DNA of 64,000 nucleotides from Longimicrobiales bacterium (GTDB taxonomy: Bacteria; Gemmatimonadota; Gemmatimonadetes; Longimicrobiales; Gaopeijiaceae): contig CBDFMQ010000002.1 in NCBI GenBank assembly GCA_965249725.1, positions 2,144,001 to 2,208,000 on the forward strand, written 5' to 3'. Shown here one piece after another: positions 29,350 to 38,692 of this stretch. The notes below the pieces were generated by a model that was not told the origin of the DNA, searched no databases, and saw only the letters and a program-made list of their open reading frames with translations. The position numbers and the translations under genes were made by a program. The stretch's first letter is position 1. Every line of letters begins with the position of its first letter.

Positions 29350-31899
29350 CTACTGACCCTCCTCCTCTACTGCAGCCTCGGCCCGGCTCATTTGGAAGGC
29401 CGGACTCTTCACGATGCCCAGGATGAACGACGAGATTCGGTAGTCGTTGTCGGCCGCGCTCCTTGCGATGGCCCGGACCGTTGGCTTGTCGTAGTACTCG
29501 ACCCGGCGCCCGAGGGCATACGCCATGAGGTTCTCCGTGAACGTCCGGACCAACGGGATCGGCCGCGCCAGCAGTGCCTGGCGCAGGTCCTCGGGACTCG
29601 TGATCGGCGTGCCGTCGTACAACTCTCCCTGAGTGTCCAAGGGCATCCCGTTCTCCCGGATGCGCCACTTGCCGGTGACGTCGAAGTTGTCCAAGGCCAG
29701 GCCGATGGGATCCATGAACTTGTGGCAGGAGCTGCACGCAGGATTGGAGCGGTGCATCTCCATGCGCTCCCGCGTTGTGAGCATCCGACCACCGGTCGAG
29801 CCCTCGGTCTGTTCCAGATCGGGTACTCCCGGGGGAGGCGGAGGCGGAGGCGTGCCCAGCAGCACCTCCATCACCCACTTCCCTCGAAGTACGGGAGACG
29901 TCCGGCCTGCGTGCGACGTCAGCGTGAGCACGCTGGCATGGCCCAACAACCCCCGGCGACCTCCGTCGGCCAACTCCACGCGGCGGAACGCACCGCCCGT
30001 GACGGCGGGCATTCCGTAGTGCCTGGCCAGACGCTCGTTCACAAAGGTGTAGTCGGCCGTGAACAGATCGAAGACGCTGCGATCCTCGCTCACGAGGCTG
30101 TTGAAGAACAGCTCCGTCTCCCGCGCCATGGCGTCCTTGAGCTGCTGATCGAAGTCCGGATACAACCGGACGTCGGGGTGGATCTTCTCGAGGTCCTGCA
30201 GGCGCAGCCACTGGCCGGCGAACCGGGCGCCCAACGCCTCGGAGCGCGGGTCGGCGAGCATCCGCTCGACCTGTTCTTCGAGCTGCATGGGATCCGAGAG
30301 CTCTCCACGCCCGGCCACATCAATCAGCTCCTCATCCGGAGGCGTCCCCCAGAGGAAGAAGGAGACGCGCGACGCGAGATCTTCATCGCTGATTCGGTAG
30401 TCCTGACCCGGCGAGGGGCGGCCGGTCGGCTCCTCGAACCGGAACACGAAGTGCGGACTCGCGAGAATCGCTTCCAGGGCCATCGCGACCCCCGCCTCGA
30501 AGCCACCCTCTTCGGACACCATCTCGAAGAACGACATCAGGTCGTCCAGGTTGTCCCCGGTAAGGGGTCTACGGTACGCCCGAGTCCCGAGCCGTGTGAG
30601 GATCTCCTCCGCGCAAGCCCGCTCTTCTCCCGAAGAAGTCGGGCGACAACTGAAGATCCGCCGTCGGCTCGGAGTCTCGGAGACGCCCGTCGGGTTGTGA
30701 GGGCCGTTGATGGCGAGGTCCCTGAGGTGGGGCAGGCTCGTGAACCCGTAGGCGTCGGCGATGCTGGTGCTGGCGAGCGACCAATCATGTGGAGACACCA
30801 AATCCTGGAGCGGTCCCTCGAAGCGTCGAATGAAGGCGGCAGACACGCGATGAGGACCCGACCTCACCGGGATCGGCCCCGTCCGGAGGTTCGTCCCGTC
30901 GGCGTCCGATCGATGCATCCACCGGTCGACCTCCAGAAGCGCCACCCGCTCGCCATCGACGGAGATCTCGATCTGCTCTGGCGCCTCGGCCGTGTGGAGC
31001 GCAGCCCTGCCACTGCCGTAGAGCGCACCCGTGGTCTCGTGGTGCAACGACACCCGGAACAGGTATTCGCCATCCGCCGGGAAATTGTGCACCACCGAGG
31101 TCCCGCCTCGGGTTCCTCGCGGAGCTCCCTCCACGCGTTCCGTCTGGGAATTCCAGCGAGAGACCTTGAAGGTGGCTTCGCTGGCCGTGGCGTGGGGGTT
31201 GCCGATCGCCAGCCGACCGATCTCGCTGGCCGCCGCGAGATAGGCGTTCATGAGCGTGGGCGAGAGCATCTGCACATCGGCGATGTTGTCGAAGTTGGCG
31301 CTCTTGGTATCCAGAGGCAGGAACGACCCGGCGTCCACTTCGAGCCCCAGCAGATCGCGGATCGAGGCGGAGTACTCCGCTCGATTCAGTCTCTGAAACG
31401 TGCGGTGGCCTGGATTCGGAGACGCGGCAGCGGCCTCGTCGATGAGCGTCTCCAGGGTCTCGACCAGGGCCAGCAGCGTATCGGGGCTCGGACGCGGGGC
31501 TCCGGGAATAGGCATCATCCCTGCCCGGAGCTTGACGATCATCTTCTCCGCCCTCTCCGCCATCTCCGGTGCCAACGCAACGTCGAAGTCGGAGAGCGTG
31601 AGGTTGCCGGTGAGCATCACGTCGTTATGACAGACGACGCAGTACTGCTTCACCACGGCGGTGAGCGAGTCGGCGGGAATCGTCGTCGCGAGGCGAGCGG
31701 TCGCGGCGGGCAGACCGCCCGGGCCGGGCCCCCGCACCGTCGGACTCGCATACCCCACCAGGTATTGTTGGACCACGGAATCGAGAGGGCCTCCTGATAC
31801 GGCATCGCCAGGCAATGCCTGATCCTGTGCCGCGCCGGGTCGGGCCATGCCCACCAGCGCGACGAGGGTCAGAGCACCTGATGCACCGCGTGTCTTCAT
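29350..31899 (-). CDS. DUF1592/1588/1587/1595/1585 protein with two CxxCH heme-c motifs (copy A)
   Basis: Signal peptide; YCVVCHN; RLNRAEY..SIRDLL; LASRVSFFLW; TSPVLRGKWV; CSSCHKFMDPIG; LMAYALGR. Confidence 0.88.
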   Translation of the reverse strand: MKTRGASGALTLVALVGMARPGAAQDQALPGDAVSGGPLDSVVQQYLVGYASPTVRGPGPGGLPAATARLATTIPADSLTAVVKQYCVVCHNDVMLTGNLTLSDFDVALAPEMAERAEKMIVKLRAGMMPIPGAPRPSPDTLLALVETLETLIDEAAAASPNPGHRTFQRLNRAEYSASIRDLLGLEVDAGSFLPLDTKSANFDNIADVQMLSPTLMNAYLAAASEIGRLAIGNPHATASEATFKVSRWNSQTERVEGAPRGTRGGTSVVHNFPADGEYLFRVSLHHETTGALYGSGRAALHTAEAPEQIEISVDGERVALLEVDRWMHRSDADGTNLRTGPIPVRSGPHRVSAAFIRRFEGPLQDLVSPHDWSLASTSIADAYGFTSLPHLRDLAINGPHNPTGVSETPSRRRIFSCRPTSSGEERACAEEILTRLGTRAYRRPLTGDNLDDLMSFFEMVSEEGGFEAGVAMALEAILASPHFVFRFEEPTGRPSPGQDYRISDEDLASRVSFFLWGTPPDEELIDVAGRGELSDPMQLEEQVERMLADPRSEALGARFAGQWLRLQDLEKIHPDVRLYPDFDQQLKDAMARETELFFNSLVSEDRSVFDLFTADYTFVNERLARHYGMPAVTGGAFRRVELADGGRRGLLGHASVLTLTSHAGRTSPVLRGKWVMEVLLGTPPPPPPPGVPDLEQTEGSTGGRMLTTRERMEMHRSNPACSSCHKFMDPIGLALDNFDVTGKWRIRENGMPLDTQGELYDGTPITSPEDLRQALLARPIPLVRTFTENLMAYALGRRVEYYDKPTVRAIARSAADNDYRISSFILGIVKSPAFQMSRAEAAVEEEGQ

Positions 31900-31912
31900 C
31901 GGCCTATGGCCC

Positions 31913-32815
31913 CTAGTGCCCCGCTCCGCGCATCGCCGCGTGGATCGCCTTCACGGTGACCTTCGTCCGGAACTCCATGAGCTTATGCCCCACCTCAAGC
32001 GCCTGGTGAATCGGGGCGATGCTCAGGCCGTTGATCGTGGCCTCGTCCGCCTCGACCCGTTGGTGGTACCGGACCGCCTCGGGGGACGTCACCATCATCA
32101 ACGATGTGATGTAGAAATCGTCGTGGTACCCGTCGCTCACGGTCTCCACGTAGCCCAACTCTTCCTCCATATACTTCCCGACATCGGGGTAGTTGTAGAA
32201 CTCGGGAATGAAGTACGCGGTGGCTCCGCTTCCGGCCCAGCTCGCATTGAGCGCCGTGGCGGCGGCGGCCAGGCCCCTCTGGTTCCCGCCACTGTCCCCG
32301 ATAAGGATGATGTCGGTGAAGCCCTGACTCTTTAGGCTGTTCCCTACATCCTGCAGCACCATGAGGAACGTCTCCTGCCGGAGACTCAGCGTTCCCGGAT
32401 ACGAGATGTTCTCGGGATCGCCCTCGGGCACCAGCTTGAGCACGGGCGTGCACAGAGCATTCCCCAACTCCCTTGCGATCTGGTCGCAGGCGCCTTGAAG
32501 CACGTAATTGTGCTTGCCGTTGGCCAGATAGGGGCCGTTCTGCTCTACGCCTCCGGTCGGGATAATGGCGGTCGTCTTGCCCGAGGCGATCTCGTCGCGG
32601 ACCTCGATCCAGGTGAGCTCGTCGATCCACACCGAGTTGAGAGGCTCGATCGGGTTCGGCATCTGCATCATTACCTGCCGCGCACGTTCACGCTCGGCCT
32701 GTCGGCGAGCCTGTTCCTCGGGACTCTGGTTGCTCCCGGCCTGGGCGGCCGCAACCGGAGCCGCGAATCCAATGGCCAGAGTCACGGCCGCGGCCGTAGT
32801 GAGTGCCTGCTTCAT
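31913..32815 (-). CDS. Exported creatininase-family protein with divergent active-site motifs
   Basis: ATG 32815 with AGAGGGG RBS; signal peptide; ELTW.EVRD, IIPTGGVEQNGP, YPGTLSL, DSGGNQ. Confidence 0.78.
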   Translation of the reverse strand: MKQALTTAAAVTLAIGFAAPVAAAQAGSNQSPEEQARRQAERERARQVMMQMPNPIEPLNSVWIDELTWIEVRDEIASGKTTAIIPTGGVEQNGPYLANGKHNYVLQGACDQIARELGNALCTPVLKLVPEGDPENISYPGTLSLRQETFLMVLQDVGNSLKSQGFTDIILIGDSGGNQRGLAAAATALNASWAGSGATAYFIPEFYNYPDVGKYMEEELGYVETVSDGYHDDFYITSLMMVTSPEAVRYHQRVEADEATINGLSIAPIHQALEVGHKLMEFRTKVTVKAIHAAMRGAGH

Positions 32816-32978
32816 GGCGCCCCCTCTTGTCCCCGGGAATGAACGACGGGTCTGTACGCCGGCGTCCGAAGCCCTCGAGCCCAAACGGCTCAAAGAGCCC
32901 CGACGTTCACTCAGGCAAATTAGCGATCGAGCCGCGCCACCGCTAACAGTTCTTATTATTCTCGACGGACAGCCTTAA

Positions 32979-33137
32979 ATGCTCCTTAGGCAGTGCGGAG
33001 GAAGCGATGCGCTCGCTCGCAAGGTCCCCCGCTACGTCAAGTTCGTGGACTCCTTTCCCATGACGGTCACGGGCAAGGTGCAGAAATTCGTCATGAGAGA
33101 AGCCATGATCGACGAACTGGACCTCGGTGGCTCCTGA
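32979..33137 (+). pseudogene. Remnant C-terminus of an AMP-binding acyl-CoA synthetase
   Basis: Hand translation: ...[38 protein letters not shown], which carries the adenylate-forming A10 motif (PxTxxGK); only 52 codons. Confidence 0.7.
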
Positions 33138-33281
33138 CCGCAGCCGTCCGGCTTCACTCGTTGCGCTTGCCCTGCGCCCTACCCACCCTACATCATGCAC
33201 TCGATCGCCTGAAATTCCGCCCGACGGGTTCCGGGATTTCGATCGGGTCGATGATCGTAGTTAGCAGCTCTCTCGGGGTAC

Positions 33282-34847
33282 GTGATGAATAACGACGGGC
33301 CGCATAGGCGGATGGATCCTTCTGTTCTGACCAGGCGCCAGGTACTTCAGCGCTTCGGCATGGTGGGCACCTCCTCGCTCATGATGGGCGCAATGGGAGC
33401 GTGGGACCTGATGGGCCAGCCGGCCGGTCCACGACCGGTGTTCTCGAGGACCGACGCCGACGCGAAGGTCATCATTCTCGGGGGAGGGTTGTCCGGACTC
33501 CTGGTAGGCTACGAGCTGGGCAAACTCGGCTACGACTATCGGGTTCTCGAGGCGCGCGAACGGGTGGGCGGCCTGATCTGGAGTATCCGTCGCGGAGATT
33601 CACACACCGAGCTCGACGGCGGGGAGCACCAGGAGTGCCAGTTCGACGAGGACCAGTACTTCAACGCAGGTGCCTGGCGCATTCCGCATGCGCACGAGGG
33701 AGTACTCGGATACTGCCGTGAACTCGGCGTTCCCATTGAGGTCTTCGTGAACACCAGCGACGCCAACTACATGTGGGAGGAGGATCCGGAGCGCGGGCCG
33801 CTCGCCGGCAAGAGGGTCCGCCTACGCGAGGTAAAGGCCGACCTGCGGGGGTCGACGAACGAGTTGCTCGCCAAGGCCCTGGACCAAGGCGAGATCGACG
33901 TCGCCCTCTCGGACGAAGACAAAGAGCGCCTCATCGAGTTCTTGGTCAGTTCGGGGTACCTCGACTCTGCCGACTATGTGTACAAGCCGCCCGCACAGCG
34001 TGGCTCGGAGGAGCGGTACGACCTCAGCGCCCTCCTGCAATCCGGGTTCGGCAATCAGGTCCGGTCGTTGGTGCGCTCCACGGGCGGCGGCCCGCCGGTC
34101 TTCCAGGCGGTTGGCGGCATGCAGGAGATTCCCAAAGCTGTCGCTCGAGCTGTTGGCGATAACCTCAGCCTCGGGTCGGCAGTGAAGAGTGTCACCCAAA
34201 CGGAATCAGGCGTTCGCGTGGTCTATGGGGATACGCGCACGGGCGAGGAGCGAGAGGAAACCGGCGACTACTGCGTTTCCTGTCTTCCGATGTCGGTCCT
34301 GCAGACGATCGACGTCAACCTGTCAACCGAAACGGCGGCCATCCTGGGCGAGATCAGCCACAGTGGCAGCGCGAAGGTGGGGCTGCAGATGAAGCGGCGA
34401 TTCTGGGAGGAGGACGACGGGATCTTCGGTGGACACATCTACGGGCGAAGTCTCCAGCTCGGCGAGTTCTCGTACCCGTCCAACGGCTACTTCACCAAGA
34501 AGGGCGTGCTCCTCGGCTTCTACGGCAACGGGACCACGGGAGACATGGACACCAAGCCCATCCAAGGGCGCATCGAACACGTGCTTACGCAGGCCAGCAA
34601 GATCCATCCTCAGATGAGGGAAGAGCTCGAACACGCGTACTGCATCTGGTGGGACAGGGTCGAATACAGCCTGGGTGCCTACGGTCGGCGTACGGAAGAG
34701 GAAGATATGGCTACGCTCCACAAGGGAGACGGACGCATCTATTTCGGCTCAGCAGGAGCGGGAACGCAGCCGGCCTGGATGGAAGGCGCCGTCGCCTCCG
34801 CATGGCGATGCGTGGAGAGCATCCACGAAAGGGCATCTCAGGGCTAG
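33282..34847 (+). CDS. Tat-exported flavin amine / L-amino-acid oxidase
   Basis: TRRQVLQ twin-arginine motif; ILGGGLSGL, LEARERVGG, NAGAWRIP, GGM, KRRFWEED, AWMEGA. Confidence 0.87.
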   Translation: MMNNDGPHRRMDPSVLTRRQVLQRFGMVGTSSLMMGAMGAWDLMGQPAGPRPVFSRTDADAKVIILGGGLSGLLVGYELGKLGYDYRVLEARERVGGLIWSIRRGDSHTELDGGEHQECQFDEDQYFNAGAWRIPHAHEGVLGYCRELGVPIEVFVNTSDANYMWEEDPERGPLAGKRVRLREVKADLRGSTNELLAKALDQGEIDVALSDEDKERLIEFLVSSGYLDSADYVYKPPAQRGSEERYDLSALLQSGFGNQVRSLVRSTGGGPPVFQAVGGMQEIPKAVARAVGDNLSLGSAVKSVTQTESGVRVVYGDTRTGEEREETGDYCVSCLPMSVLQTIDVNLSTETAAILGEISHSGSAKVGLQMKRRFWEEDDGIFGGHIYGRSLQLGEFSYPSNGYFTKKGVLLGFYGNGTTGDMDTKPIQGRIEHVLTQASKIHPQMREELEHAYCIWWDRVEYSLGAYGRRTEEEDMATLHKGDGRIYFGSAGAGTQPAWMEGAVASAWRCVESIHERASQG

Positions 34848-34884
34848 CCCTCTCGCCGCCGCCCCACCCGACCCGCTGGGATGC

Positions 34885-34914
34885 AGGGGACGCCTCGACG
34901 GAGGGGCGTCCCCT
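34885..34914. terminator. GC-rich stem-loop after the amine oxidase gene (possible terminator or stabiliser)
   Basis: AGGGGACGCC (34885-34894) pairs with GGCGTCCCCT (34905-34914); no U-tract. Confidence 0.35.
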
Positions 34915-34986
34915 CGTCACATTCAGGGATCGGTGAAGTTGACCGTGACCGTCGTGCGCCGGCGAGGCCGGGCCCCCGGCCCTCGC

Positions 34987-35010
34987 AAGACTCAGAAAAA
35001 GACTCAGAAA
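34987..35010 (+). repeat. Perfect 12-bp tandem duplication AAGACTCAGAAA x2
   Basis: Read directly; ends 10 bp before the M1 peptidase ATG. Confidence 0.8.
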
Positions 35011-35020
35011 GTGGAAGCGG

Positions 35021-36652
35021 ATGAAGCACATACTGCTTGGGCTGGCCCTCCTGACGGGTGTCGGCGGTGGGCTCGAATCGACCGACACCTACCCCAAGAA
35101 CCCGAACATCGACGCCCTCAACTACGCGTTCCGCATCACGCTGAGTGACGCCACGGACGAGATCGTGGCAGAGGCCACCGTGGACATCCGCTTTCTCGCG
35201 GATGGAATCACCCGAGTGCGTTTGGATCTGATCAACCGAGGTACCGATGGCCGCGGGATGGCGGTCAGTGGCGTGACCTCGAGTGATGGTCCGGTCACCT
35301 TCACTCACGAAAACGACGAGCTCTTCATCACGCTTCCGGAAGCCACCCGGGCGAACCAACGCAGCCAGTACACGGTCCGCTACCGAGGCATTCCGGCCAG
35401 TGGGCTCCAGATCGGGCCCAACAAGTACGGTGACCGGACCTTCTTCAGCGACGACTGGCCCAACCGCGCCCGCAACTGGCTGCCCACCATCGATCACCCG
35501 TACGACAAGGCGACTAGCGAGATGATCGTCACCGCGCCGGACCACTACCAGGTGGTCTCCAACGGGTTGAAGATCGAGGAGACGGCCCTGCCCGACGGAA
35601 TGCTGCTCACCCACTGGAAGCAGTCGGTGCCGATCGCCACGTGGCTGTACAATCTCGGCGTGGCGCGCTTCGCGGTGCAGCACGTCGACGACTACATGGG
35701 CAAGGCAATTGAGACCTGGGTCTACTATCAGGACCGTGACGCCGGATTCTACGACTTTGCGGAGACCACCAAGCTGGTGTTGGAGTTCTACGGCGACTGG
35801 GTCGGCCCCTACTCCTACGAGAAGCTCGCCAACATCCAGTCCAACAGCGTGGGCGGTGGTATGGAGGCTGCCAGCTCGATCTTCTACGGTGACAACTCGG
35901 TCACCGGTGAGCGTACGACCCGCTGGCAGAACGTCATCATCCACGAGATCGCGCATCAGTGGTTCGGCAACGCCGTCACGGAATACGATTGGGACGACGT
36001 CTGGCTGAGCGAAGGCTTCGCGACGTACTTCACGCTTCTGTTCCGGGAGCATCAGTACGGCCGGGACGACTTCGTGTCGGGTCTCGAGCAGAGCCGCGAT
36101 CGGATACGGGCCTTCTACGAGGAGAACCCCGACTATCGGATCGTCCATGACAACCTGGACGACATGAGCCGCGTCACCAGTTCCCAGACCTACCAGAAGG
36201 GCGGCTGGACCCTGCACATGCTACGGGGGATCATCGGGGAGGAGGCGTTCTGGAGTGGCATCCAGGACTACTACGCCCGCTTCCAGGACAAGAACGCCAC
36301 GACGGACGATTTCCGGCGGGCGATGGAAGAGGCATCGGGCCAGGATCTATCCGAGTTCTTCCAGCAGTGGCTCTACCAGGGAGGAGCCCTGGAATACGAA
36401 GGCGGCTGGAGCTACGATGCCGGCTCGGGAATGCTCGAGGTCGAGCTGAACCAGGTGCAGGACGGTGGCTACTCGTTCAGGATGCCCGTCCAAGTGGCCA
36501 TCCATTCGGACAATGGGCGGCGCCTTGAGCTGTTGCAGGTAAACGACCAGACGAATCGGTTCACGATCTCCGTGGACCAGGAACCCGATTCGGTCGTCCT
36601 CGACCCCGAAACGTGGGTTTTGATGGACGCCGATTTCGAGCGGAGGAATTGA
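35021..36652 (+). CDS. Exported M1 family zinc aminopeptidase
   Basis: Signal peptide; GGME, HEIAHQWFGN, WLSEGFATY, YQKG. Confidence 0.93.
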   Translation: MKHILLGLALLTGVGGGLESTDTYPKNPNIDALNYAFRITLSDATDEIVAEATVDIRFLADGITRVRLDLINRGTDGRGMAVSGVTSSDGPVTFTHENDELFITLPEATRANQRSQYTVRYRGIPASGLQIGPNKYGDRTFFSDDWPNRARNWLPTIDHPYDKATSEMIVTAPDHYQVVSNGLKIEETALPDGMLLTHWKQSVPIATWLYNLGVARFAVQHVDDYMGKAIETWVYYQDRDAGFYDFAETTKLVLEFYGDWVGPYSYEKLANIQSNSVGGGMEAASSIFYGDNSVTGERTTRWQNVIIHEIAHQWFGNAVTEYDWDDVWLSEGFATYFTLLFREHQYGRDDFVSGLEQSRDRIRAFYEENPDYRIVHDNLDDMSRVTSSQTYQKGGWTLHMLRGIIGEEAFWSGIQDYYARFQDKNATTDDFRRAMEEASGQDLSEFFQQWLYQGGALEYEGGWSYDAGSGMLEVELNQVQDGGYSFRMPVQVAIHSDNGRRLELLQVNDQTNRFTISVDQEPDSVVLDPETWVLMDADFERRN

Positions 36653-36654
36653 TC

Positions 36655-38034
36655 ATGAAGAGGCTCTTCCTATTTCTGACCCTCGCCCTGGCAACGGCGG
36701 CACCACTTCAGGCTCAGCGATCTTTCGAGCCGCCGGACAAGCAGCTCCACAGCCAGCGTCGGGCCAACTTCCTCAACGCCATGGAAGGCGGGATCGGCAT
36801 CATCGTGGCGGCCATCGAAGATCAGAACAGGATCTACGAGTTCTTCGTGGATCACTCGGATCTCCACGACTTCATTTACCTGACCGGACTCGAAGCGGGC
36901 GACGCCTATGGGTCGGCGCTCGTCCTCGCCCCCGACGCCGAGACCTATCGGGAGATCCTCTACACAGCGGGAGATCCGGAGGAGATGGCGGAGCTCACGG
37001 GCATCGAGCACGTCTACCCCTACGAGTTGCTCAACGAGCACCTGTCGGACGCCATCACCGACTACTCTCTCCTTCGCACACATCAGCGAGGAGCCAAGGC
37101 GCTCGCCTCGGATCTGTCCCGCTCCTGGGGGGACGAGAAGGTCACATACTTCAACTACCAGCGCTTCCTGAATCTGGCCGAGACACCCCCCGAACGACTC
37201 GACCTTGCCAACCGACTCCGGTACTTCTCGCCCGAGATCCAGATGAAGGATGCGTCGGACATTCTGAATCGACTGCGGATGATCCACGACGAGGCTTCGA
37301 TCGCGATGCTTCGGAAAGCGTCCGACATCACCGTCCAGGCGTTCATGGAGTCGGCCAAGGCCGTCCGTGAAGAGATGACGACGCAGCAGATCGCATCAAT
37401 CGTCAACTTCACCTTCGAGTACGAACACGCGGCACCTTCCTTCCGCACGAACGTCACCCCTTCGGGCCCGAACCTCGCCCCGCGCGGCCGGGGTGGCAGT
37501 GATTGGCCTATCGGAACCCGCCCAAGGCTGGGTCCGTGGCATGTGAGCGACGGCCAGATGCTCAGCTACGATATCGGCGCGGAGTATGCACACTTCACCG
37601 CCGACTTCGGGCGAACGATTCCGGTCAGCGGCGAGTACACACCCGAGCAGCGACGCATCGCCGAGACCGTGACACGCGTCCAAAAGCAATTGATCGCCGC
37701 CGTCAAGCCCGGCGGAACGTTCGCCGGGAGTCAGGCCCTCAAGGACCGGCTCATGGGCGAGGCCGGGTTACTGGATGTCACGAACACGTACGGCATCAGC
37801 CACTTCGTCGGGATGGAGATCCACGACGTGGGCTCCTACGACATTCCGTGGGAGCCTGGAATGTGCTTCGTCATCGAGTGGCGTGTGAGCCACGAGGACT
37901 GGTCGATCCGTTTCGAGGACGTAATCCTGGTGACGGAAGACGGCCAGGAGTGGCTCACCGGGCACTCTCCCATCGAGCCCGACGAGATCGAAGCGCTCAT
38001 GGCGCAGGAGGGGGTCTGGGAGCGGGGTCGCTAG
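36655..38034 (+). CDS. Exported M24 (Xaa-Pro aminopeptidase-like) metallopeptidase
   Basis: Signal peptide; DFIYLTG, DIGAEY...ADFGRTIP, SHFVGMEIHD, IRFEDVILVT. Confidence 0.88.
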   Translation: MKRLFLFLTLALATAAPLQAQRSFEPPDKQLHSQRRANFLNAMEGGIGIIVAAIEDQNRIYEFFVDHSDLHDFIYLTGLEAGDAYGSALVLAPDAETYREILYTAGDPEEMAELTGIEHVYPYELLNEHLSDAITDYSLLRTHQRGAKALASDLSRSWGDEKVTYFNYQRFLNLAETPPERLDLANRLRYFSPEIQMKDASDILNRLRMIHDEASIAMLRKASDITVQAFMESAKAVREEMTTQQIASIVNFTFEYEHAAPSFRTNVTPSGPNLAPRGRGGSDWPIGTRPRLGPWHVSDGQMLSYDIGAEYAHFTADFGRTIPVSGEYTPEQRRIAETVTRVQKQLIAAVKPGGTFAGSQALKDRLMGEAGLLDVTNTYGISHFVGMEIHDVGSYDIPWEPGMCFVIEWRVSHEDWSIRFEDVILVTEDGQEWLTGHSPIEPDEIEALMAQEGVWERGR

Positions 38035-38195
38035 TGTTCCGTCCCAGAACTTCGTTACGCACCGAGGGTGCTGAGGCGCCATCCTGGCAAGGCACGACGA
38101 CGAGGAATAGCGCCGCTATTTCGAGGAGAAGTAACGCCGCCAGGATGGATGCATCAGTGCCCGAATGCCAACGAAGTTCTGGGACGGGACACTAG
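38031..38195. mobile_element. 165-bp MITE-like inverted-repeat element bounded by CTAG
   Basis: 26-bp terminal inverted repeats (CTAGTGTTCCGTCCCAGAACTTCGTT / AACGAAGTTCTGGGACGGGACACTAG, one mismatch) with nested internal stems; too short to encode a transposase. Confidence 0.75.
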
Positions 38196-38465
38196 GTCAG
38201 CGGAGCAGGTGCCGGGCGATTTCGTCACGAAGTCGCTCGGCACGCCTCCGGAACCTCTTGGTCGCGCTGGACCAAATGGTACGCGCGACCCCCAGCCCGG
38301 CCGTCGCCCCGGCCCCCAAGATGGACACCGTGACCATCATGGATTTTCCCGGCTGTAGGTGCCGGGGACGACCGATGATAGAGCAGTGATACCCCGCCGC
38401 TAACCTCTGTGCACGTCGCGAGCCCCCCTTGGAGGCAGGCGATTCCCAACCACAGAGGAGGACCG

Positions 38466-38648
38466 ATGGAGACTCTGACGCCGGACCGCATGCGGACGCT
38501 GCATGGGATGAAGATCGACGAAGGAGAGGTGTGCGGCCTCATGGTCGGCGCCTTGTCGGGCGCCATCTACTTCAGTTGGACCGTACCCGCCGCATTCATC
38601 TTCATGTTCACGCCGATGGTCTGTGTCCTGGACTACGGTCTCCGGTAG
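38466..38648 (+). CDS. Bacteriocin/RiPP-like precursor peptide 1 (60 aa)
   Basis: AGAGGAGGA RBS; METLTPDRMRTLHGM-KIDEGEVCGLMVGALSGAIYFSWTVPAAFIFMFTPMVCVLDYGLR; double-glycine-type leader spacing; C39 transporter nearby. Confidence 0.72.
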   Translation: METLTPDRMRTLHGMKIDEGEVCGLMVGALSGAIYFSWTVPAAFIFMFTPMVCVLDYGLR

Positions 38649-38692
38649 GCAGAACCGACGCCTTCCGCCCCCCCCATCACTCGGAGGTTCCC

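Noticed and set aside
29326..31797. 823-aa plus-strand ORF (likewise 48960-51587 minus, 34844-36217 minus, 7622-9070 minus)
   Set aside because: Antisense or alternate-frame shadows of well-supported genes, expected at high GC; no recognisable motifs
38031..38195. CRISPR array, tRNA or riboswitch
   Set aside because: A single inverted-repeat unit with no repeat-spacer periodicity, no cloverleaf and no aptamer I recognise
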